Assembly: GCA_034780895.1 (NCBI GenBank)
Contig: JAUZTB010000118.1
Span: 26,893,926 to 26,957,925 of the forward strand
Origin: Rhynchobatus australiae
Taxonomy: Eukaryota
Reading direction: 5' to 3'
DNA length: 64,000 bases
Shown one piece after another: positions 1 through 13,600 of the stretch. The translations under genes were made by a program, and so were the position numbers. A model generated the notes under the pieces. It did no database searches, was not told the origin of the DNA, and saw only the letters and a program-made list of their open reading frames with translations. Within the stretch, counting starts at the first letter, position 1. Each line of letters opens with the position of its first letter.

Positions 1-3000
1 TTCTTTATAATGACACCCAGGTTTAGATTCAACTTTAGTGACGGACCCCTGTACTTCTCCATGAAATATCATGGGGTAGATGTGCCTCATACACCAAAAA
101 CTGATTCCTTACACTGTATATAGAACCCTGATAAACAGTTGAGAATGAAATACACAATCACAGAAAATAATCTGACACAATGTAAACTGTTAATCTTAAA
201 ACAAAAAGAAAAATATAACTGAGAAGGTTTTTATATTTGCGTTTACATATCTAAAATTTTACCTTACATACAAACCACACATTTAAATTAGTTTATTATA
301 AATAATATAGGTAAAAAGTTCTCTTTAACTTTATAGGATCAAACATAATTACATCTCGTTTAATGCATTAGTTATTAAATACTTTAATCGGTACTATTGA
401 AGTAACTTATCAATTATGACGAGTGTAATATTAGTAGATAATAAATGATGCTCATTGAATTTTCATGTAAACTATATTTGACTTCTTACAGAAATTTCAA
501 GATTTTAGTTGAGTTTTGATTTTAATTAGATGCAGGCAAGTTTCCTAAGAGGCTCTTTATCTCTATTTCCATCAATTAACTGGTTCTTTCCCAATCTCTG
601 CTCAGTGATATAATCCATTTAGAATTCATGTGGTAGAATACAAGATACTTAAGATTAAGTGGGAGCAAAAGGGTTATTTACTTCCAGATTCTCATGTGTT
701 TAATAATGCCAGGAAGTCTAAGTAAGTCCTGGCGAAATGTTTATACCCATTTCAAAAGAAGTTCATGCTTTGGAGGGTCCAAGCAGAATTTATGGTTCAG
801 TAAAAAAAATCTTCCACTGATTTTGTATCACTGTGAGTAAAGTGATGATTATTGAATCATGATGACAAAGAAAGCCATTTGGCCATTCAAATCTGTAATG
901 GATCTTTGTACAGTATCTAGTCAGTGCCATTTGGTCACCTTTCAACCTGCATTTTTTAAAAATAACTTTTAAATGTTTCTCCAGTTCCCTTTTGAAAGCC
1001 ACAGCAGAATCTGAATCCACTGCACTTTCAGGCAGTGCCATCCAGAAGATGGCCAGTCCTTCTATAATATCTGCTCCAACTTTTCTCACCTGGATGTATT
1101 CCCTTTCAGATATTCATGCTAAGCACAGCCAGTCTTCTCATTACTGCCTCCTTATCAATTGTCATTGCATTCAGTATCTTCCCTTTTTACTGAGAGTACA
1201 ACAGCATCCTTATCTTTGACAAAGATGAATACAGTATACTCATTGGAGTAAATCATGGTAGATTTGACCTGCTGTCCAAACTGATCATCCATCTGCCTGC
1301 CCACACTGGCCCGGTCTGGACACCAAACCTGGATGAGCAGAATGCAGTGAGGCCTCACAATCAGGGAGGCTACAGGCAGCATACATCTGAGGGCCTGCCC
1401 CAATAATGCCTTGGAAATCTTTGACAGCAACCAATGGCAGGAGTGGAGTGTCACCTTCTGTCAAAGTTGTGAGGCATCTTAAACAGGTTTTATAACACAC
1501 TGATCTTTAGGGACTTGCAAAATACTAAAATGTTATACACATTATTATAATTATTCAAACTATTTAAACATTTTAAAGAAATGATAAAAAATACAAAATA
1601 ATTAAAGATGTTAAAATAAATCAAGTAAAAAAAGATCTTTTTCCTTGTAACCTCCAGGTTGCAAACCCCATTCGAATCAAAGGGGATTCTGATCCAACAC
1701 TGGGTTTGAATGTGACACTGGGAAGTTCCAGTATGTTCAGGTTTCACCACTGGATCCCACATGGAACTTAAGAACACCCACATAAAGTCAATAGATACTT
1801 CCCTCTGAGTGGCTGCATGCAGGCAGTTGCCAGCCAGGTCCATTGTCTCCACGCATAAATTAACATTTCGGCCACTAATTAACCCTGTCCTCCAACTTCC
1901 CACTCATTTTATATATGTTTGGTTTTCCTTTCATGTTGACCATCCGCTTATTCTCAAATCCTCTCTTTGCCCCTCTTACCTTTCTCTCTTTTCATCTTTA
2001 GTCATCCACCTTTTCTTTTCCTTCATCATTCACTTTACCTCTTTTGTCATTCCGCAAGCTCTGCTTTGGCTACTCTAGATGACAACCAAACCATTGTTTC
2101 TTCAAAGACAGCCTATTGTTCTCTTGTGATTTTACCAATCAATCACCCATAGCAGGTCTCCTCTCATCACAGTGAAGTTCGCTCTCCTCCAGTTAAGAAG
2201 TTCTAATCTAGATGGCTCCTTGCTAATTTAAACCTGAACAATGATCAGTGTTTCCGTTATATTCCCTCTCACACTAAGTCAACATTGCCCAATTCATTCC
2301 CCAGAACCAGATCCAACAACATCTCCTTCCTTGTTAGGATTGAAGCAGACTTCAGAAAATTCTTCCCCTCTCCCACCCCACTCCTTTTCAATTTCAATCT
2401 TCTTACTCTAACATTTTCCCAACCAGCACTCCAGTACATGAATCCCACATTATCATCACCATAGTACAGTTCTTCCCTCTAGATTTCACCTACTGCCTCC
2501 TTGTCCTAAGCAATGGACTGTGGAATCTCCAGAATATCTCCCAGTAGAGAAATGGTGCATTTATTGTATCTAAACTTTAACTAGAAGGATTCTGGCCTTG
2601 ACGCCTCAGGGACATCCTCTTTCTCCATTACTGTAATAATTTTTATCAATCAGTATTGGCACCCAATCCGTCTTTCTTCACTTCCCCTAAACATATTATT
2701 TACTGAAACGTACAGTACTCTTACCTGCTTATTTCAAACCATGTCTGTATCATTTTACTGAGCACATTTTTTGACTTACTCTAAATACTTTTTTCCCATT
2801 CAATGCAGGTCCTCAGGATATGAACACCCAACTTATGGACACACCCCTTACATACAAGTGAGCGCTTGGGAGGCCAGCGAGATGGATATAGATTCGTTGG
2901 CAGCTGCAGCTTTTCCGTGATTTCCATGTGCCCTCACTCCCCTTTTCCCACTTATTTATTCCTTTCCTGTCCTGTCCTGAAGGTGCTCTTGAATGTTAAA

Positions 3001-4317
3001 CTACAACTGTTCATGCACATTAAGTAGTCCTGAGTTTGAGCTAGAGTGTAAATCTGGCGTTCGACCATAAGACCATCATAGCCAAGCCCAGTTCGTTAGA
3101 TTTCACCTTTCCATGCCAGTGAGTTCCCAATTTCAGTCACACGAATGGAAAGCTCCAAGTAGTAACATCAATTGGGAGAGAGGGAAATTCAAAAGCATAT
3201 CAATTTCTGGAATACTCATATTCTCCTTTGTGTCAGTGCAAAGTAGCAACAAGCCAGAACCCTGACAAAGAGATCAGTAAACAATAACTTGAAACCCTAA
3301 TATAAAAATACACAGTATATAGAACACTTATACAGCACATATTAATATTACAATAAAAGCAAAAAAGTGGCTTATGATTTTCTTTTAGAATGAAATGAAA
3401 TAAAATTGAGTTCCCCAATGTCTGCATTCTGAGCATTTTCATTCTAGTAAAAGAACATTTGCACATTTTGACTCATTCACGCTATTTTTAAGTCATTACC
3501 TATTACATGTGAGTGAAACAAATTGCAAAATTATTAGCAACTAGATGGTCCCCTACTCTGACATTAAAATGCTGATTGCACAGCAAAAATCTACTGCTGT
3601 ACCTCCAAGTAGTTTTAAGTTCTGACTGGATATCTAATATATTTCGTACTGGCTTTAGGTCCCCAATCAAAGCTTTAGGTCCTCAATCTTGGCTGCCTTA
3701 AACATGACTTTCAAATCCCTCCACACCTTTATTGGCATTTTAATCTTTCATCTTTAACCTTTATCCTGAAGCCCAAACTATTCTGTAACTTACAACTGCA
3801 TATTACATGGCCTCAAAAGAAATGTGGATCGGAATCCAAGCCATCAGTGGACTGAGATATAACAATGACCTGTGGCAATGACAGGTGAGTTACCCAGGAG
3901 TTTTCACAAAGCAATGTCAAAATTGTTCCCTAATGAAAGAGCCATACTATAAGAAGTTGGAAAAGAGAAGCCAAAATAAAGTTGTTGTTATCCTCCCATA
4001 TCCTGCAGGTTCTCCACTTGTAGCTTGGATCTATTTTTACTTCCTTCAGTTGATTCAGATTTGAAAATCATCAAGTTATCCTAAAAACTAGGCTGTATTG
4101 GGCCAGTTCTTTCAGCACTTGATGTGCCAATTTGCTTTCAGCTGCATTCACAAATCTTGAGCACACATTTTAGTGTGGATTAAGCTGCTCTCGAACTTGG
4201 ATTGTATGATAGCCTGCAAGACATACGTGCAGAGTTGGCAAGATTTTAATCTTCATGCAACTCTACCTTGCCATCTTCTCGCAGCTACCAACTGAGCAAG
4301 AGGTACTGAGGCCTGAG

Positions 4318-4612
4318 GCCTGAAGCCCCGCAGCACCAGGTTCAAGAACATCTACTTCTCGTCAACCATTTAGTTCTTGAATCAACCTGCACAACCCTAA
4401 TCATTACCTCAGTGAAACAATATCATGACCACTTTGGACTTTGTTTTTTCTTGTTCTAATTGTGTCCTTTCTTGTAAAAATCATATTTAATTTATGTTTT
4501 TCTTCTGAATGCTGCTTATATGATGCTATGTGCCTGTGATGCTGCTGCAAGTAAGTTTTTCATTGCACTTGTGCATGCATGTACTTGTGCATGTGACAAT
4601 AAACTCGACTTG
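4318..4612 (+). mobile_element. Rex1/Babar-like LINE 3' end, same family as 45195 and 8207-8325
   Basis: accaggttcaagaacatctacttc...gatgctgctgcaagtaagtttttcattgcac...caataaactcgactt. Confidence 0.75.
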
Positions 4613-4644
4613 GTGGCAGCATGGTTCCTATGTAGTAGGGAGAT

Positions 4645-4970
4645 ATAGCAATGGAAATGGACCTTTCAGCCTACTGAATCTGTGCTGATCATCCACCACC
4701 CATTTACATTGTTCCTACATTAATCTCAACCTTTATTCTCCCCACCTCCTCAGCAACTGCCCCCAGATTCTATCACTCACCGACACTAGTGGCCTATTTA
4801 CAGTGGCCTATTGACCCACCAAACCTTGGGATGTGAGAGGAAACCAGAGCAGCCGAAGGATAGCAGGGAAAGCATGCAAACTCCACAGAGACAGCACCAG
4901 AGGTCAGGCTTGAACTCAGGTCTCTGGTGTTGTGAGGTAACTGCTCTACTAACTGCGCCACTGCGCTGGC
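4645..4970 (-). mobile_element. tRNA-derived V-SINE (HE1-like) with a CR1-type tail
   Basis: Minus-strand A box tggcgcagttag, B box gagttcaagcc, V-domain gtttgcatgctttccc...tggtttcctctcacatcccaa. Confidence 0.8.
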
Positions 4971-5419
4971 AAAAAGTGGAACAGGTTTTGAGGTATGTAA
5001 CTAGATAATCGAGGTATGTAACCAAGTAACTAACAGATATATAATTACATGGCAGAGCTGTCAAATGCACCTAGAACCTCATTTGGAAGCATTTGTTGTC
5101 TCCATACTACCAAAAGGCAGTTGGAGCACTGGTGGAATGGAAAAGATTTACAAGGATTTTGCCAAAGTTGAAGCTCACTGTCAGGAAGCACTAAGTGAGA
5201 GTGTTTTTTTCTGGAAAAGGGGAAACAGAGTGTTGTGAGAATGTTGATCTGTTGAAGCCAATAGTACTGCCATACTTGTGGGAAGGTTGTTGAATAGGCA
5301 TAGAAGAACATGGCCAGATGTGAGTAGAGCAGGAAGAGGTTCATGCATCACGCAAACACTGGCATGGAGTATTTTAACCACGTTTTCTGTGCTGTGGATT
5401 TTATGAATTTCTACATGAA

Positions 5420-5610
5420 TTTACAGTGGCCCATTAACCTACCAACCCGCATACCTTTGGGATGTGGGAGGAAACTGGAGCACCTGGTGGAAACCCACAC
5501 ATTCACAGGGAGACCATGCAAACTCCACACAGATGACGGCGGAGGTCAGAATTGAACCTGGGTCGCTGATGCTGAGGCAGCAGCTCTACTGTCTGTGCCA
5601 TTACACTGCT
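5420..5610 (-). mobile_element. V-SINE fragment
   Basis: ggatgtgggaggaaactggagcacc..gaaacccacac..catgcaaactccacac..gaattgaacctggg. Confidence 0.8.
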
Positions 5611-5749
5611 GATATTTACTCAAAGGGGGTCCTATTGCCATAACAGACTGATTTGCACATTTCTTTCTGTTTGCCCTGTAACAAACAAAAGGTTTGGTCA
5701 ACAAGTCTTTTGCATGAAATCACTGCCCCCTTAAATGCTGCAAAAGATC

Positions 5750-6032
5750 TCTTTATTAGTCACATGTACATCGAAACACACAGTGAAATGCATCTTTTGC
5801 GTCTTGTGTTCTAGGGGCAGCCCGCAAGTGTCGCCACGCTTCCGGCGCCAACATAGCACGCCCACAACATCCTAACCTATACGTCTTTTGGAATGTGGGA
5901 GGAAACCAGAGCACCCAGAGGAAACCCACGCAGACACGGGGAGAACGCACAAACTCCTTGCAGACAGTGGCTGGAATTGAACCCGGGTCGCTGGTGCTGT
6001 AAAGCGTTACGCTGACCGCTACACTATCGTGC
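5750..6032 (-). mobile_element. Younger V-SINE subfamily, full length
   Basis: A box tagtgtagcgg, B box ggttcaattcc, V-domain, CpG-rich. Tail gcatttcactgtgtgtttcgatgtacatgtgactaataaag. Confidence 0.85.
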
Positions 6033-7267
6033 AATTTCTGCTGCTCAGACCCAGAGTGCAAGAAAGGCATCTCAAACATGAGGCACTGCCTATAAAGAGG
6101 AACATACGAAACCGTGGAATGGAAGCAGGAGAAGGCCATCAATCCCGCTCATGCCTGCTCCATCATTCAATAAGATCATGACAGATCTTTTACCTCAGCA
6201 CCACTTTATTGCAGTAATCTTTAATATCCAAAAATCTATCGGTCTGTCATGAAAATATGAATATACAGGAACATAGAGAGGAAGAATTGTTTACAATAGG
6301 AGGAAACCATGGAGCCTTTGCGTTTAAAATCCAAAGTATTGCAAGGTTTTATTCAACAGTTGGAAGAACAGATGGCTGCAGACGAACAAGCAGTCAAGAG
6401 GCCTGGCTGATTTGAAATACTTGTTCAGGCTGGTAACCCAATAATGGAGTGTCCAGTCAATCTGCCTTGTTAGCAGTAGAGCTTTTAACCAGTCAGCCAT
6501 CCATCAAGGAGATCAGAGCAATTGAGAACCAAACCCTCAACAGACCCACTATCGCCATGCACTTCACTACAGCTTGTTGTTAGGCACCATCCCAAGTGCC
6601 ACATTATGCTGAGGGTCAGCTGTCACTCCATTGTCAGCTTGTCTCTCTGCCTTCACCATTCAATGTATGTGCTAATCAAAATAGTGAGAAGGGGCTTGGT
6701 AAACCATTCATTGCGGGTGATGCTAGTTAATCAAGAAGTACAAAAGCATTCACTCCAGCAGGTATCACAATTAGTATTACAGATCCAATGAAGAACTTGG
6801 GAAATGCATGTTATATGTCATGGAGTGGGTGATGTCAGGCAGTGCCAGGACTGATTGCCAGTTCCATGCAACCTTCTTTACCCTGAGGTCAACTTATGCA
6901 TGTTTCAGAGATCTGCTCGAGCTATCCGAATGGCCAGGCATTTCAGATTCGGTCAGTTACTGCTGGAGCATTCAGTTGCTTACTCATGTTAACTAGGAAG
7001 TGCTACCATGTCTCTACATCTTTATACTCAGCCTCCTGACCCAGAAGCAAGAGTGCTACCAACCACGGGGAAATGGGATCTCCACAGGGGATGGGCGAAG
7101 CAGGAAGACTAGCAGGGTCAGGTGTTGTGAAGGCCAATAACAATCCAAAGGCTACAATAGAGCTGGGAGGAGCAGAAATCTTCAATCCAGCTGGCCCCAC
7201 CTTCACCTGGGTACTTCTACAGTGTTCTGTGCAGTCCTGGTCCTTACTTCGTTCCCTGGAAACAGGC

Positions 7268-7555
7268 ATGGTGGTGTCATGGTAAATTTAGTGGATTAGC
7301 AGCCAAACCTCTGAAGCAGTTATCACAAGGCCCACCTTGGAAAGTGGGGAATTTAATTTCAAGTAATTAAAAAAATTGTTAATTTAAATTTTAACAATAA
7401 CTAGCGTCAATAATCAAAATTTACTGTCCTTACCCAGTCTAGGCTATGTGTAACTCCAGGCACACCAAAGTAGTCAACTCCTATACATCCTCAGAGTTGG
7501 AACAATAACGGATGGATGATAAGTTTCAGCCTTGCCAGTGACATTCTGTGGACAA
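7268..7555 (+). mobile_element. Old SINE-like repeat; related minus-strand pieces at 51200-51420 and 53765-53822
   Basis: Tail ggatggatgataagtttcagccttgccagtgac is the reverse complement of gctggtaaggctggcacttattg and gcaagctgagccagcatttaattgcccatcc. Confidence 0.55.
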
Positions 7556-10399
7556 ATAACTTATATCTCCATAGCTTTTCTTTCATCCACATTCTGACCT
7601 AATCTCCAAGGTGGACACAACTTTGGCTCAGACCATTACCCAAGTTCCAAGTTCTTTGAAGAAAACTTTTAAATTCCATCATACCAATTCCACTTACACC
7701 ATCCTGGTTTGAACATAACTCCTTTACATTAATTCCATTTATATTTTGCATCCACTGCGTGATGAAAACACTTTTCATTAATGCTATGTGTGTGAAATTC
7801 CACATGATAACACCCAACATTTATCTGAACAAAATCACTTTCTTAGAAAGTGATGTCTTTCAGAGTTTGTCTGTTCTGGAGATTTTATCGCTGGCTCTTT
7901 AATTGTCTGAAGGATATCCTAAATTAACAATATTAAAAGAGCAAATTATCTGATCATTGCGACACTTTGGGAGCTTGCTGTATGTTAATCAGTGGCCACA
8001 GTTCTCCACAGTATAAGGTACCTACATATAGGAAATATTTAATTGGCTGTTAAATGGTTTGAGACATTCATGATCAAAGTCTTTCCTTCCCAATCTAAAT
8101 CATATTNNNNNNNNNNNNNNNNNNNNNNNNNNNNNNNNNNNNNNNNNNNNNNNNNNNNNNNNNNNNNNNNNNNNNNNNNNNNNNNNNNNNNNNNNNNNNN
8201 NNNNNNTTCTTCTGAATGCTGCTTATATGATGCTATGTGCCTGTGATGCTGCTGCAAGTAAGTTTTTCATTGCACTTGTGCATTCATGTACCAAGTGCAT
8301 ATGACGATAAACTTGACTTTGACTTTTAACTTTGAGTTGACACCAATACAAATGAATTGGGCTGTTGTGACACTGCCAATGCTATACATTGAATCTTGCT
8401 GACCCCTCGACAAACTACTGGCATTTATCCTTGTAAATGCAAGCAGGTCTGGACTTTGGAACACACTTATTTGAATAAGGAAGTCCCAAATTTGTTAAGT
8501 TTCCTGATATTGAACTTGTTAATACAGTTCATTCCATTACAGAACTCCACAGAGAAGCCAATGACATAACACAAATTTGCTGAGATTCCCCTTGCACACT
8601 TCAATTGGTATTTTATAGCTGCCAGGAATAAACTTAAGAATGAGGTGATACTTTTTCAATAACTATTGGCATTTACTTTGATGCTTTCAGTTACTTTTAA
8701 ATGTTTTGTCATGATTTCATACAGTTTGGAAATGTTTGAATCATTTATTTCAATTTTAATAGTTGTTGAATGCTTTTGGACATTCAGAAGTATTTGAAAA
8801 GCTTTACAGCTTTGACAGATAGCAAAGTCGGCAGCATTTAGAGACTGCCCACCAACGGTTTTCCCCTGCTGTTTTGTGGGTGGGGAAGATTTTGATCCAC
8901 TCATGGGACTAAATTACATGGTGTGAGGGTGCGGCCTTATCGAGGACACTCTCAACTAGCAAGTTCAGACCTAGGCAGCCAAACTAGGTATGTGCAGGGC
9001 AGTGAGAGTGGGTGGTGGATTCCACTGAACAAAATCCAGGTCATTGAGTTAATCACACATGGAAAATTTTTGATGTTTTGCAGTCAAAAGTACTCCCATC
9101 CTAACCTTCCCTACTTTAGGGGTTCCTGAATGCTTCTGCAGGTTTCTTAAGAGTGCAGTTTGTTGGAGAGAAACTGCATATACTTATCTGCTAGAGATAA
9201 TGTTCTGTCAACCTTTCAGAGGATGCTGTGGCAGGGTTTGATCTGACAATCTCTTTAGACACCTCCGCTTCCTGGCACAAATGGGTGCACTAGGCCACCA
9301 CATGATAGGAATGGGAAGAAGAGATGGTCTGATGAGCAAGGCAAGCTGCCAGTAGGAGCAAGAGGTGGAGAGGTCAAGGGGTGGTGAAGGCAGCTCACCA
9401 GGCAAAAGGGTCCAGTGAAGGTGTTCAGGGAGCAGTCACAGTATGTAGATCTGACAGAGGAGAATTAACAACTGAGACCCCACTTCTTCAGGGAGGTTGA
9501 GATCTCCCCTATGTCCTAAGCCACACAATGATGCATGGACCGTTCTGCGTCTGGAAGTAATCATCATCATTCTTTCTCCTGAAGCGTCATTCCAGAGCAA
9601 TTGTGGTTAAGCTGCAAGGTGTCACAAGATGTAGCTCTCTATGCCTTAAGGAAGTAACAGGCCTCTGTTATCCAGGAAAGACAACTTCATCTTCTTCTCG
9701 AGAGCAGCACAGAGGCTACATTGTGAGCTTCCCAGTGATGCATTGTGTGACTGACTGCTACTACATTTGCTTGAAAACTTCAGCTCAGAATGCAGACCTA
9801 TACCATAACTAACGGTCAATGCTAGACCCTGAAGGAGCCCGCATAATCACCCTATCCTCTAGACCACTGGACTGCTGCTTGGTGGACAAGGATTATGGGG
9901 ACACCAGCTCCTGATTCCACTCAGTGTTACATTCATAGAATGCTCTCACAATAAAAGACCTGTTGCCTCCTTTAATCACTATAGATCCTGGTGGTTACCT
10001 GCACCTTGGAATCACACAGGTATCCCCTGCTAGCAGCTGCAGAGAAGAGAGAAGAGGAAGAGACCGAATAGCAATGTAGAAGGCGCTGACCTGTTCCTTT
10101 CCAGTACATACTCAGGAAGAGACATGATGTTCAGCAGCTCCGTTAAGGGGAAGCCCAAGCAGAAATGCCAAAGTTCAGATAATGAAGCAGGTCTTGGTTA
10201 TAAGACATGGACTACATTGTGGCTTTGTGGCNNNNNNNNNNNNNNNNNNNNNNNNNNNNNNNNNNNNNNNNNNNNNNNNNNNNNNNNNNNNNNNNNNNNN
10301 NNNNNNNNNNNNNNNNNNNNNNNNNNNNNNNNNNNNNNNNNNNNNNNNNNNNNNNNNNNNNNCTGGATGGACCTCTTGATTGCTGTGTTTATAATAGTA

Positions 10400-10570
10400 C
10401 TTAAGAAGCTGGGATCCTGTAGTGAGAAAGTCAACTGACTCCACAAAGCCTTTCCACTATGGGCAAGGTACAAGTCAGGAGCACAATGGAAAACTCGCCA
10501 CTTGCCTGGATGGGAGCCCCAATAACACCCGGGATACTTGAAACTATCCAGGACACAGCCCGCTTGATAC
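10400..10570 (+). mobile_element. LINE (CR1/L2 superclade) RT C-terminal fragment
   Basis: ORF 10459: KVQVRSTMENSPLAWMGAPITPGILETIQDTARLI resembles YKAQVRSxMEYxxxxW...LDxIQxxAxRLI. Confidence 0.65.
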
Positions 10571-10573
10571 ATG

Positions 10574-10668
10574 AGCAACAATCTGCTGGAGGAACTCAGC
10601 AGGTCAAGCAGCATCTGTGGGAGGAAAGGAACTGTCAACGTTTTGGGTCGAAACCCTACATCAGGACT
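10574..10668 (-). mobile_element. Short PLE end (family B) with degenerate hammerhead (10634-10667)
   Basis: caacaatctgctggaggaactcagc..; minus strand GUC-CUGAUGUA-GGGU(UUCG)ACCC-AAAA-CG-UU-GAC. Confidence 0.8.
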
Positions 10669-13600
10669 CGCAATATGCTTCACTCACTGCTTGAATTCTC
10701 TCTCTCACCACAAATAGCATGATATGACTGTTGTAGATGAACAGATTGTGGGATAAGAGGAATGTGAGAAAGAAGAACAGGTATGGACATGCTATCATCT
10801 TCAGTGTTCTCTATATCACTGCTGGCTCTGGATCCAATGATGGTCATACTTTCTTTGAGACCAGTAAGTGATGGAAATGGCCATGTCCCTTGCCAATTTG
10901 TTATTGTCTCCTGAAAGAGAGGGAGGGCATTGTGTGGGTGTGTATCTTGCAATGGGTCTGGGGGATTTGCCTGCCATTGTTGAATTAATGGCAATGTGTG
11001 CAAACTGTGAGATGTAGGTGTAATGCTTGTAGCAGTGAGAAGCATGTGAAAATATGGTGCAGTCTATAAATGTTAGGTAAGGTTGACATACTGATGGAGA
11101 TTATTAGGAGGTGAGGGAAGCACAGACAGATGAGTTTGCCTCATGGCCTAAGCAAAAGACAAGACTTGGTGACTACACCACTGTGTACAGGACCTTGGCA
11201 CTTTACTCCTGGATTGTGACCTCCTCCTACTGAAACTTCACAATGGTTGGCTTCCTGTGGATAGAGCACCTTTCTCTTTCTCTTCACATCATCCAATGAA
11301 GAATCTGTGGCAGAGGACAAAAGCTGGGGTGTCCATTCTCATCCAGGGCTTCTTCCAACATGGAGAATGACTTCCACTGACCGCCAGTACCCTAGATGTC
11401 TCCCCATGAGTTCCTGTGAGCCATTGGGCACGGTGGTAGTTTAAAGAGGTAATGACACCTCCCATTTCAGTTATGAGGTATGGCCTCAGTCAGAGCTGCC
11501 TGGAATCAACTGGTGCTCTTCCCCCACAAAATATGATCCCATGGATATCCACCAGGGCACTCAGAAGTCTCAAAGCCAGATAACAAAGTGTAAGCACAGA
11601 CTGTATGTGCAACCTGTACCTAGTCAAAGGACAAAGCTTGACACAGATTGAGATCCCAATGCATGTTTTCCAGTGGCATTCATTAATACTTCCACCCCTT
11701 CCTATGGCGAGCACAACACTATTCTTTGCATGGCAGAGTTAAGTGCTAGTGGTCAACATTACTGCCACAATTCTCCTGTACCGACATGACACAAGTTCGC
11801 TCCACCTTCTGCTGAGTTGAAAGAAACATAACACTAAATAGCCAAGTGGAAGTCATCATTTAGCATGCTGCTCAGCTCTGTCCTGTGGCCTTGCACTTTA
11901 ATGGGCTGCCTCAGCTACTTTTCATTTTCCTCTTCCATCATGTCCAGCAAAATAAGATATAGTAGCGCACAATCATTTCTATGTGAACTGACAGAGTTAA
12001 TTTACACATTAAAATGCCTCTTGGTTGATCCTCTGTTAACTCAGTGACACTTTCATAACAATGCAGTGTTGGTAACAAGGCAAATGTATAATTGTACATG
12101 TTGCCTGTAATTGCTATTTAAAATGCACCCTCCCAAAAAATTAATGTGGCACTTGTGTGCCTTATATTAGTCTTGTCCCATGAAACAAAACTATTCTAAT
12201 GCTCCTTTGATCTTAATGCACTGAAATTCCACACATCAATGCATATTTAAGTATGTTATCCCAACATGGAGTAATTTCACTCATTTTTAAATGCTACAAA
12301 GCAGTTTTATAATTCTAACAAATGCTAACTAATCACTAAGAACATATTAAATACACTTTTAGATAGTAGCTAATATCTGGTTATGGAAGATTACTGAGTC
12401 AAAATGGAACAAGAGAATCACTTATGCTTGCTGGAATTTTGAATTACACAGCAATATCAACACACTTCCAAATCATCTCTTTCAATAATTGCCATAAACT
12501 GCTACAGTCTGAAGAAACACAAGGTAAATTTGGGTAATTTGCTCTCAAGAAAGGACAAACAGAATCTGTCCATTTTTGTTGGAGTGTTAGTAGGGACAGG
12601 AAGTCCATAAACTTAAACAAGCCTGATTTTCCATGGGCTGTCAGTATTTTGACTGCAGTTTCCTTTCTCCATTTCCTTTAGATGAAGCATATGTGGAATG
12701 TGACCCAACTTCCTTCTCACTATATCTATACATTCAGCCTTCACCTTGGCAGTCCTGTGATTTGTCTTTATGTCAAACCATCAATCATAACCCAGGACAC
12801 AATGAGAACATGGAACCTTTGGGATCCTGAATACAGCACACTTCCTTGCACTCCTGAAAAGTTCCCTGTTGGGGGAAGGGCAATCTTAAATCGGTGTGGT
12901 TTTCCATTNNNNNNNNNNGTTTTTCCATTCATCATGTTATCATTACAGCTTCATCCTTTGTGAGACCATCATTTCCATCAACCACCACACTTTAAAGAAA
13001 AGAATTGCAACCCAACAATTCTAAAATATAGCATACGAGTCAATCATGGGATGTCAAATTATTCCTGACAAATGTGTTGCTTTATCAACCTTGAAGACTT
13101 AAAGCCAGAGGAATATGCATGTTAATTTATCAAATGGAAGAACACGACTGATGCATTGTATCACAACCAGAAGTAATCACAGAAATGTAGGACTCAGTCT
13201 AGTAGATGAAGCCAACTACAGGTCCCATACACTGCTACATATCTGCTGTAGTACATTTGTGCTGCTACAGATGTCCTCTGTAAGATACTTTGGAGGAGTG
13301 AGAGTGGGTAGCTGGTGGCATGTCAATTACGGCATGTCTTCCATCTTGTACAACCAATTATAATTTGCGTTATAATCTTTTCATCAATCACCCAAACCTA
13401 ACAAATAGACTGAAACTTTAGTGACTAATCATTGGTTGTCTTGCTCAAGAAATAGCACCAGAAACTTTGGACTTAATTTCAACTACAACCTATTAACTAT
13501 CAGGTTTAACCAAATTAATATATACTGTATTCAGTTGCATAGCAATTCCAGTTTGGTGGATGAAGTATTAAAGAATGGCTTCCTTACCAAGTTGAGGGGC

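Larger units (their letters stand above)
8830..11830 (+). mobile_element. Highly decayed Harbinger/PIF-like DNA transposon relic (boundaries approximate)
   Basis: Fragmentary translations VFREQSQYVDLTEE*QLRPHFFRE (~9421), LLG/DKDY (~9875) and IDPGGYLHLGITQVS (~9981) occur in the order expected for a HARBI1-type transposase. The region is GC-richer than its flanks. Confidence 0.5.

Noticed and set aside
2805-2860. Possible Tigger/Tc1-mariner terminal inverted repeat
   Set aside because: No partner TIR found and the similarity is too weak to call.
5960-6032. tRNA gene
   Set aside because: The A/B boxes belong to a SINE head continuous with a V-domain and LINE-type tail.
8207-8325. Sequence identical over ~75 bp to 4500-4575, suggesting a special duplication
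   Set aside because: It is the common 3' UTR of a Rex1/Babar-like family next to a gap; explained by repeat identity or assembly.
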